Positions 51,501-60,587 of a DNA stretch of 60,587 nucleotides are shown piece after piece. Origin of the DNA: Amoebophrya sp. A120 (Eukaryota; Protista; Dinoflagellata); contig CAJINV010000006.1 in assembly GCA_905178155.1 (NCBI GenBank), positions 1,005,040 to 1,065,626 on the forward strand, written 5' to 3'. The notes under the pieces are model-generated. The model was not told where the DNA came from. It made no database searches and worked only from the letters and a program-made list of their open reading frames with translations. The number at the start of each line of letters is the position of its first letter. Position 1 is the stretch's first letter. A program made the position numbers and the translations under genes.

Positions 51501-54500
51501 CCCAGGTTCCCCGGCGGGGTGATGCGGGTCATCGCCCCACGCGGGTTTGAGTTCACGCTGGATTGTGTAACCCATACGAATTACACGTACGATTTATTCC
51601 CCGGGCTGGGGGATGACTACTGGAAGCACCACGCGATGTTGAAAGACGCGGAGGAGTGGCCGGTATCAAAGTGAAAAAGTCCCCACCCCATAATATTAAA
51701 AATATTCAAAAGACAATTTGTGTTGCTGGATTTGTGTACACAAGTAAGCTTTGCATTGCTGTAAGAGCTTGCCGGCATATTCTAAGACCATTTGGGTACG
51801 CATCCGGCTAGCAGCTGAGCATGAGACACAAGTCTGGCATAGGGGAAAACGCATGACAGACTCGCTGTAAAATGGGCCACATGGGTGCCATTTGCCTTGT
51901 ACGCAAGACAGAGTTGATTTGTGGTCACAAATCAGCATCACAAGTTTTCTTTTCGATATGGGGAGGGGGGATTTTTCCTTACGATAGCCGGTTGGGCACG
52001 ACTACAAGTGTTTTGGGGAAGACAACATTCTGTACCTATGGAATGCAAAAGCATCGTACTCGTAGTAATTGCAATCTTGCATTACAAATCTTTTTCTCGA
52101 GGCATATCCGCATTACAAATTTCGTTTCTCATGCTGAGAAAATTTGTAATGCATTTATACGATGAGTGCGATACTTTTGCCATGCATAGTATCTAGACAC
52201 GGACAACGCGACCTTCGCGCCCGCGCAGAAGTACGTATCAAATGCAAAAATGTCTGGGTCTGGATGAGTGCATGTTTGTCATGCTTGTCTGGCATGACTC
52301 TCAAAATCTGTCATGCGCGTTACCCAAGAGCGCCATTTTTCTGTCAGGCAGAAGCGCGGTTTGTCGTGCAGAATAGGCAACGCCTAGAATCTCAGAAACT
52401 TGTCATGCTGAGCCAGCACTTGTGGCCTCCTCACGATACGCAACCCAGCATCACAAGTTTCAGACCCAGACACTTTTGCATTTGATAGTACGCACTGCGG
52501 ATCGACATCGAGAAAAACCCGCCCGGGATATTGACCAAGTCCGCGAACATGTGGGGGCTGAGGTTTATGCAGCAGTCCGCCGGGGCGCAGGGGTTCGAGG
52601 CGTGGAGCTGGCGGAAATTGGAAGTCACCCCCATTTCGACCACAATCGGCGGGCCGGACGCAACCCCAGTCGCGATCACTTTCTCTCCCTGGACGGCTTT
52701 GCGGGGGAAAGCGACGTTTCCGCAGATTGTTAGAACCGTGTCGAATTACGAAAAATCAAATCACACGCATGATCATTTGAACGACACCTACCATGAGCAC
52801 GAAGTGCTAGTCTCCCAGACGACAACGGTGACAACGGAGCCCTACTACGGCCGAGTCAGGATTTTTGCCCCCCAAGGGTTTTTCTTCGAGATCATTGATT
52901 ACACAACCTACGCCTGCCGGTTTGAGATCATCCGAACCGACGACTGTTTGACCTGTGGGGTCCCGTTTATCACAGATTCGACGCACAACACGGGCGAGGT
53001 GAAGCAAAACGCGACGATCTGTCAGGTGGGGATATGCAATGCAAAAGTATCGTACTAGTATGAACCAGCCATGCTCCGGCTGCCGCCGGAGCGCAAGGCT
53101 GTTGGGCCGGGGCAAGACAGTTTGCCGATCGGACCACAACGCCACGGGCCTGCGCACAACGAAACATACTGGAGTCCTGCACAACGAAACATACTGGAGC
53201 GTGCGCCGCGCCAACCCGCAGGACCACTTGCGCGCTTCCCGCGCCTGTGGGCGCTCTGCGCGGGGAGCAGCTGAAAAGAACACCGGGGGCGAACAGAAGC
53301 CGCCCGGCGCGAGAGGGTGGCGCGGGAGGGTGGCGCGAGAGGGTAGCGCGAGAGGGTTGCGCGAGAGGGTGGCGCGAGAGGGTGCGCGAGAGGGTGGCGC
53401 GAGAGGGTGGCGCGAGAGGGTGCGCGAGAGGGTGGCGCGGAAAGGCGCCGAGCAAAACAAGTCCGCGAATGGCCTGCAATTCCAAATATGGGGAGTGCCA
53501 TGCGGATTCGCGCCCGCTTGGGTGTGCTTTTACCCTCTCGCAGCCCTCCCGCAGACCCTCTTTTTGGCCTCTTTTGGGGGTCCCCGCTAATAATCCGGCT
53601 ATACTCGCGGGTAGAGGTCGACAGAGGTGGCCGAGAGGTGGCCAAGAGGGTCCGCGAGAGGTCGCCCCTTATTCGCGCCACCTCTCTCCACCTCTGTCGA
53701 CCTCTCGCGCCCCCTCTTTTTGACCTCTCTGCACCCTCTCAGGCACTTAGGCGGCGCTTTAGGGTGAGCGCTTCGGCGGGCCATACTCGCGCACCCTCTC
53801 GCCGACCCTCTCGAATGGGGTCCCGCGCCACCTCTCAACCTCTGTCGACCTCTTTTTTACCTCTTTTGACCTCTTTTTGACCTCTCGGCCACCTCTTGTT
53901 TACCCTCTGTCTACCTCTTTTTTCGCATGAATATAATATATAGTAATTGCATGACAAATCTTTCCTAGAAGAAGAAAAATGAAATTTGTCATGCAGATTC
54001 AGCTAAGGAAGCAGATCTGTAATGCTAGACTCGCATTTATACGAGTGCGATACTTTTGCAGAGCATAGGGGAACCCGAAATACAACGAGGCGGTCATCAC
54101 TTTCACCGGTTTGGACGGGTTTAAGGGGAAAGCAATGTACCACTACAGTATCACGTTGTTCATCTTCAACCCGCGGATCTTGACTCTGAAACCCGTTCCG
54201 TGGAGATTCGTCACGGATGTCATGGACGTCCCCTTACGGGCGAAATTCGGCTACGACCACTGGATACGAAATGCAAAAGTGTCTGGGTCGTCTGGAAGAG
54301 TGTGAACTTGTCATGCAGGTTTTCCATGACCCGCGAGGTCTGGAATGCGGGACCTAGCATGACAGACATTCTGTGAGATCCCTATCATGCCTACCCTGCA
54401 TGACGAGAAACTCCCTCCCAACTTGGTCGAAAGTGGACAGCTTTATTTGGCACTCGTGCAACACAGACTTTTGCATGGTTCGGATTTAGCATGACAAGTT

Positions 54501-57500
54501 GCAATCTTCCAGACATCCAGGGATATTTGCAATCCATACTGGATGGAATTTGACGAAACCTTTTTCGGCGGCTACAACATCCAACTCCCCGCGCCTCTGT
54601 TTCAGGTCCAAGTCCCGGCGGACAAACGGGGTGCGATTTTGCAAACTTCCGATCAGCTGATCCGGTTCCGGTTTACAGACCCTGTGAAGTTAAACGACCG
54701 GATTATCATCCAGGCACCGGCGGACTACTATTTCGAGGACATGAGCCTACCAGTCCGGGGGAAGTGCTTAGGATTCCGCTACGACCCGGCAGTCATGAAG
54801 TTCAACGACACGGTATCCTGAGCAAAAACGTCCCCACCCCATAGTCAAGTTGGCAAATCTGCAACACAAATCTCCAAGTTTTGGCTGTCGAGCATGACAA
54901 GTTTGGGCTCTTAGTGTAATACTTAAAAAAATCCTGTGTGTTAGCTAGTGCAACAGCATGACAAATTGACTTCCTTATCCTCATTCCAGCATGACAAGCT
55001 CCGCGATAGCATTAGAAAACGGCTGTCATGGGGCTGCGCATCAGAGACATTCTAGGCTTGCGTATTTGCATGACAACTAAGGGGTGGGGATGCTTTTGTT
55101 CAGGATACACGGCGAACACGACTGCGCCGGAGGACGAGCCGGAAAATCTTGCGTTAGTATCCAAGAAAAAAACTGTGTAAGTGTAACTTTGTGTTGCAGA
55201 AAATGCAAAACTGTTACACTTGTCATGCTGGACATGCATCAGAGGCAATTTTCGTGCGCGTTTTCACGTACTAGGTACGCATGAGAGGTTTTCTGTGTCA
55301 TGCAGAGCAAACTTGTGATGCTATTCCTCCAAGAAACTTACACTTACACAGTTTTTTTCCTGGATAGTTAGACCCGGATAGGAACTGCAAAAGTATCGTA
55401 CTAGTAGTAATTGCATTACAGATTACTTCAGCATTACAAATGCAATTTGTCATGCTGTTTTGCCTTGGGATGGAGATTTGTAATGCACGACTGCAATTTA
55501 TTTTACTACGAGTGCGGTACTTTTGCAGTGGATACCGGACATCCGACTGCAGTACGAGGGGATAGGATTCAGGATGAAATTGACGAAAAACGACAGCTGT
55601 GTCACCGTGGACAGCAACAACTTTCTGCGTATCACCGACGCTTCGAAAGTGACGCAAGTGATGCTGTGGAACCCGATGCCACTATGCATTGCAAATATGT
55701 CTGGGTCGGGAAGAGTCGGGGCTTGTCATGCACATTTTGCATGACCCGTGAGGTCTGTGATGCTGTTGATAGCATCAATGATTTTTTGAGAGCTTCTTGA
55801 TGCTAATCACGCATGAGAAATTATGCCCTCTCCGCGTGCCAAGAACTGGACTGCTCCTCTTGCTGCTTATACAACACAGATATTTTTAGAATCCGCAGAC
55901 AGCATTACAAGTTCCACTCTTCCAGACCCAGACATATTTGCAGTTGGTAGCCACCCGGGTTGTACCATTTCGACGAATTGAGAGACCCGTTGATGGAAAG
56001 GCCGATCGCGACTTTGCAAGATGATGCAAGAGCCGCAGTATTTGACAAGAAGCAGGGCGAGTCCAATGCCGAATACCTAGTCAGATCGCAGTCGTTCCGG
56101 ATTTCTCCGCATTTGCAGAATCTGTACGGGAAAAGGTACGCGGATTTTTTGCAAGTGCAGGAGATCAACATGACGGCGAATTGGACGAAGAAGACGAGGT
56201 ACCCGTTGATCCAAATGTACTCCCAGTGGACAAATTTGACAAGATACGAGTGTCCATATCGCAAGAAAAAACTGTTTCACTGTGAACTTGTGATGCATAG
56301 AATGGAACACAGAACTATTTGTCTTGCTACACCTTGAAGGCATTGGATTTTTAAGCGTGTTTTCCTTTCAAAAGCGCGCATGGCAAATTTTCTGTGTCAT
56401 GTGTAGCAAACTTGTGATGCGGATCTTGCAAAACCATCACAGTGAAACAGTTTTTTCGTGGGACAGTCCAGTTGAGGATATCAACAACCGAGTCTATTAC
56501 GACGAGTACGGGAATTTGATTCCAACGACCACGACCACCGTTCCACCGCAGGCAATCACCGGCTCTGCGGTGGTCGGGATCGATTTGGATCAGGACCCGT
56601 CCGCAATCTACAACGATCCAACATTATCCTACAGCCGGGATTTCGAGTACACGGACTTATTAGCGCAGAAAATGCCGGAAACGATTGATTTCGAGGGGTT
56701 CAAATACGGGAACGTGCACAGACGGCCGATCATTTCTGATGTTTTCGGGCTGGACAAGTTCAACTTATTCCACCAGCCGAACCAGATTTATTCCGAGGTG
56801 GACAAAGATGTGAGATTCTGCATGCTGTTGAAAATGCCAATTGCGTACGAGGACACGCCGACGGTAAATGCAATGGTGGACTACGGGCGGAATCTGATGC
56901 GGGAAATTATGCACTACCGGGAAAAGATCTACACGAGAAGGTATCTCGGGACAACGTTAGAGAACTTCATCGTGAAGGACCAGAATCTGAATTTGAACCA
57001 GACGCAATATCCCGCTCACTGCAGAGCTTTGGTAGAGGAGGCGAAAGAGAAGGAATACCAGGTATCGCAAGAAAAAAGTGTTAGAGTTACACATTGTATG
57101 GCAGGCCAAGCAAGACAGGCCAGCTCTGTCATGCCGGATACGCATAGAAGCCTCGTTTCATAAGTGTTTTCCCGTAGGATTTATGCATTTACAAGTTTTC
57201 TCTCTCCTACACGAAAAATTTGTGTTGCTGAATTCACTACAAGTGTGTACCTGTAACGGTTTTTTCGTGGGATACCAGGCTTTGCTCGATTACTGGATGA
57301 ACGATGTGAACACGACGACTACGACAAGTACAACTGTCAACATCACCGCGATGGTCATCGCTGGCCAACTCGACGCCAGCGCTTTAACCTCCACCACGAC
57401 CATATGGATGTGTCAGAGTTGAAATCGACAAAGTTGAAATAATTTGTCATGCATAAAATGGATGCCAGTTGGAAGCCAGTTTCCAAGTGGCGCATGACAA

Positions 57501-60058
57501 ATTTCGGCGGTCCCTAAATCCAGGCTGTCATGCTGTTTAGGCAAAGACGAGTGATTTTCTCATGCTACCTTAGCAGCTCGAGCTGTAACCCCAAACAGGC
57601 TTACAATCGGCCCCACTTGCCTGCTCTGCAACACACGTGCCTCGGGTCATGCATTTTATGCATTACAGATTATTTCAACTTTGACGATTTCAAACCTGAC
57701 ACATCCATAGACCACCACCACGACCACGGTGTATGGGGATATGCAACACAAATTTTCCGATGCCGTACACGACGTGCAAAATGCATCACAGCTTTGATTG
57801 TAGTTCGCCTTCGCCAACCTGAAGCATGAAATTTGTCGTGCTGGTTAGGGTTGGGGAAGACAACTTGTCATGCAGAAAGACCAGCATTGGCACGCGCACG
57901 TGTACGGCTACGGAAGTTTGCATATGGATAGGTGATGAGTGCGGTCTTTCCAAATGGCACGAAATGCCGGACGTTGGGCGAGAGCTCGCTTTGTTGAACC
58001 AAATTGACACGAGCGGGAAGGGGCAGCATGGACCGGAGATTTTGGAGTTGTTGGAGAAACAGAGGTTGATGCTGAAGTTAGGACAGTACGTCGAGCCGGT
58101 GACCACTACGCAACCACCACAACAATCCTCGTCTTCGGATACCACTACCACGACCCCAGAACCACCGGGCTTAATCACAGACGATAAGCACGAATTGCAA
58201 ATTATCATTCTCCACCCGTATTGCTCGGATGTCCACGTCACAAACCGATCGATGCTGTCGTGCAACACCAGGTTTGAAGCGAACCCGCGATTCACTTTCG
58301 AGAACCAGACGACAGAATACACGGATAGTGAGCAATTATTTCCAATCTACAAAGCGGACGAGTACGAAGATTGGCAAAGAGTATCAACTGCAAACATGTC
58401 TGGGTCTGGAAACTTGTGATCCTGGCTGCACAATCTTGAGGACGTCCCAATTGGTGGCCACGCATGACAAGTTTTTGAGCTGCTAGGTGTTGCCAATTCT
58501 GCATAAGTATGACAAAGTGCGTGTGCGTTTCCGCATGAGAGAAAACTGGAATGCTTGGCTAACGCCCATGACAGACTTGAGAGTCATGCCGGGCGAGCAT
58601 GACAAGCTCTGCATTGTTCCCGACCCAGACATAAATATTTGCAATGCATAAAGGGGTTATTACGGCGATTCCGTTTGCTCCAACATGATTCTAAACTCAG
58701 AAGGGCAGGGCGCAGCAACCGGATCGCCCTTCGGGAATGGCACCTACGATTTCTATGAGACAGGGGAGAATTTGGATTTCGGCGGAAACGAGACGGTTTT
58801 GTGGGACCAGGTGTATGGGTCCAATCCTTTTTACTTGTATCGGCCGCCGGACCCGATAGTCGGTGGGGATGGAGCTTCTGATAACGGGATGAGTGGTCTG
58901 TTAACAGATGGAAATTCCACCAACGACAGCAACGGAACTGACGATTTGACGACAAATCCGCCCATCATCGACCCTCTCTCCCTAATAGTCTACCCACCGG
59001 ACGATCCAGAAACCTTTTATAACATAGAAAACCGACCCACCTGGTGGAAACAAGCAAAAGGAGCGCCAGATTACCTCTTCTTCCGGGCGAGGTTCGTGTT
59101 TTTAACCAACGTTTCCATGTCGGAATCAGAAGCGACTGCGCAGCGGTTGAAACAGTTCGTGATAAGGCAGGACCCGGTATGTTTCAACAACCAATTGAGG
59201 TGGGAACGGATCGCGGAACTCCACCCGCGGGTGGATTTGGACATCGGTTATTTAGGCGAGCTGGGCGTTTTCGTCCGATATCGGAACGCCGCGAGGAGGC
59301 CTTATGGGTTTGAGAATTATTGGTTCGCGACGCACTTCAAGGGAACGGAGGACAGATTCGGGAATTTCGCATTCACGAAACAAATATCCTGTGCAAAAGT
59401 ATCGTACAACTCGTAGTAATTGCAATCATGCATTACAAATCTTTTCCTTAAGGCAAATCCCCATTACAAATTTAATTTCTCATGCTGAGGAAATTTGTAA
59501 TGCATTTAAGTATACGACTACGATGCTTTTGCAGTTCATAACGAAGCGAAAAAGCCGTCGCGAGCTGGGACATTGAAACGCAGATGTTCGTATCCTATGT
59601 AAAAACGTCCTCACCTCGTAGTCAAGATGGGAAATCTGCTACATAAATCACCAAGCTTTGGCTGTTGCGCATGACAAATTTGGGCCCGTAGTGTAGTCAG
59701 TCGTGTTTAGCTAGTGCAGCAGCGTCACAGATCCTGTTCATCATGCTGATTTGAGCATCACAGATCTAAATAAACATCACTACTAGAAGAAGCTTCTCAT
59801 GGGTCTCCGCATGAGAAACATTTTAAGCATGCAGATTTGCATATACAACCGTGGGGTGGGGACATTTTTACACAGGATAGCTCGCGGTCAGGATTGATTT
59901 CATCGCGGGGACCATTGCGAACGCGACGATGCTGGTGCAGTTCACGCTGCAGGGCGAGTGCGATTCGATCAGCATCAAAGCGGTAGAGCCAGACGGGTTC
60001 CGATTCGACAAGGCGACGGTCGAGTCGCTGGGGACGCCGATAGACCCCGAGGAGTATT
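33501..60058 (+). CDS. giant uncharacterised (>4000 aa) Cys-containing, probably secreted/surface protein with ~60 introners; 3' incomplete
   Basis: Hydrophobic N-proximal segment (VWYLLAILSHFRIFFGYFFIH); beta-rich repeats (..I.AP.GF.F); W.DS..C..Y..CCACNGG module; Thr-rich stretches. Spot-checked junctions rejoin in frame. Hand subtraction of 59 elements plus TSDs leaves ~12157 nt, whose net phase matches the last exon. Confidence 0.75.
34685..34901. mobile_element. family K introner (TIR TATCCAnGAAAAAAACTGTGTAAGTGTAAC; 209-217 bp)
   Basis: TSD AACGC. Other copies: 37169-37383 and 55158-55366 (the latter inverted). Confidence 0.9.
36331..36562. mobile_element. family H introner (TIR TATnAnnGnGCACAACTCCCCCTC; 224-232 bp)
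   Basis: TSD ATTTC/GCTTC. Other copies: 44224-44447 (TSD GCATC) and 44489-44720 (TSD GGGCG). Confidence 0.88.
42941..43091 (+). other. canonical GT-AG intron, probably a decayed introner
   Basis: CAG|GTAGAG...CCATACCAG|ATT; also parses as TSD CCAGG/CCAGA around a 146-bp TAG..ATA core. Confidence 0.7.
47156..47320. mobile_element. family L introner (TIR TATGCAAnACAAATTT.CCG)
   Basis: TSD TCCCT/CCCCT; related copy at 57740-57930 (TSD GGGGA/GGTGA). Confidence 0.78.
49133..49367. mobile_element. family I introner (~36-bp TIR TATGGCGTTCTCAAACGTTACATTCTCAGCTGTTAC)
   Basis: Near-perfect TIR; TSD GAATG. Confidence 0.92.
53059..53940. mobile_element. 882-bp GC-rich non-coding insertion nested in family B introner 53033-54067
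   Basis: Removal restores GTATCGTACTAGTAGTAATTGC, as seen in the copy at 55379. Left hairpin GCTCCGGC-TGCC-GCCGGAGC (overlapping ~8-bp stem); internal 12-13-mer GCGAGAGGGTGGC tandem array; right end TTTCGCATGAATATAATATA. Confidence 0.8.
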
Positions 60059-60587
60059 TATCAACTGCAAAAATGTCTGGTCTGGAAGGATGCGAACTTG
60101 TGATGCATGTTGCGGATCATACAGAAATCTGTGTTGCGTGACTTGCAAAAGGTCCCCACTTCTGGCCATGCTGGTGAGAGGCCATTTCTCATGCAGTATA
60201 GGCATCACCAAGGGGCTGCAGAACCTGTGATGCTAGGCCCTGCATTCCAGACTCGGCGGAAATTGGAAAAACTGCATGACAAATTTCGGAATCTACTTCC
60301 AGACCCAGACATACTAGCCAGGGGGAAGGAATCTCTATCCCGAAGCGAAATCGAGAGCACTGGGAGGGGGGAAGCAGAACTAGAAGGAAAGGACGGGGGG
60401 GAAGGGTACGGGTGTGTCAGCTAGTCAGTTTCAGGTAGCCACTGGGGTCCTGGTTGTTTCGATGAGATTCGAGACGCGGCCGCTCTGCTCTTGGCCAAAT
60501 TATATATTTGCGGAGCTCTTGCGGATAATTCTGGCTATGGAGCGGCATTTAACTTGGCAAGTCGCTGGCTGCCGATCTTATTTTTCC

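Noticed and set aside
52807-53880. Repetitive ORFs (RATLSR/REGGA) in the nested insertion
   Set aside because: Translations of a 12-13-bp tandem repeat.
53055-53940. Canonical Helitron call (minus-strand hairpin followed by CTAG)
   Set aside because: The CTAG belongs to the host introner consensus and there is no 5' TC.
8882-60058. Host genes as MITE-riddled pseudogenes
   Set aside because: Exons rejoin in frame without accumulated stops and the ABHD17 triad is intact; the exceptions are the 8936 TAG and the untidy 25196-25347 junction.
8994-60313. Recurrent repeats read as a CRISPR array or REP/BIME elements
   Set aside because: They are inverted pairs bounding discrete elements with TSDs, the intervening DNA is continuous exon, there are no cas genes, and the DNA is eukaryotic.
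9055-60424. Many short ORFs ending in KCKNVWVWK, FQTQTFLHLI, LQKYRTRINA or YECDTFA read as a repeat-protein family
   Set aside because: These are translations of introner TIRs in arbitrary frames on both strands.
1-60587. tRNA, rRNA or dinoflagellate spliced-leader sequence
   Set aside because: None recognised by eye; a covariance-model scan would be needed to exclude them.

Overview
This is eukaryotic DNA, probably a syndinian dinoflagellate of the Amoebophrya type (inferred from intron architecture, not from a search). All recognisable genes lie on the + strand. The dominant feature is about 90 short, non-coding, MITE-like elements (mostly 110-340 bp) in at least 12 families. They start TAT, end ATA, carry terminal inverted repeats (TIRs) and 5-bp target-site duplications (TSDs), and sit inside coding exons. 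Removing each element plus one TSD copy restores long ORFs, including an ABHD17-like hydrolase with a complete Ser-Asp-His triad across 14 insertions and a protein of >4000 aa across about 60 insertions. They therefore behave as non-canonical introns (introners). They work in either orientation, share an internal decamer GCATKACAAA across families with unrelated TIRs, and show clean empty sites in a tandem-duplicated paralogue pair. The first ~8.1 kb is a GC-rich block with a D5-like SF3 helicase gene next to a Merlin/ISXO2 (IS1595-like) DDE transposase gene, both with GT-AG introns; this is a candidate novel composite mobile element. Its apparent right end matches the end of an 882-bp insertion nested inside an introner at 53 kb. 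Most ORFs in the supplied track are artefacts of reading through introners. All coordinates were counted by hand.
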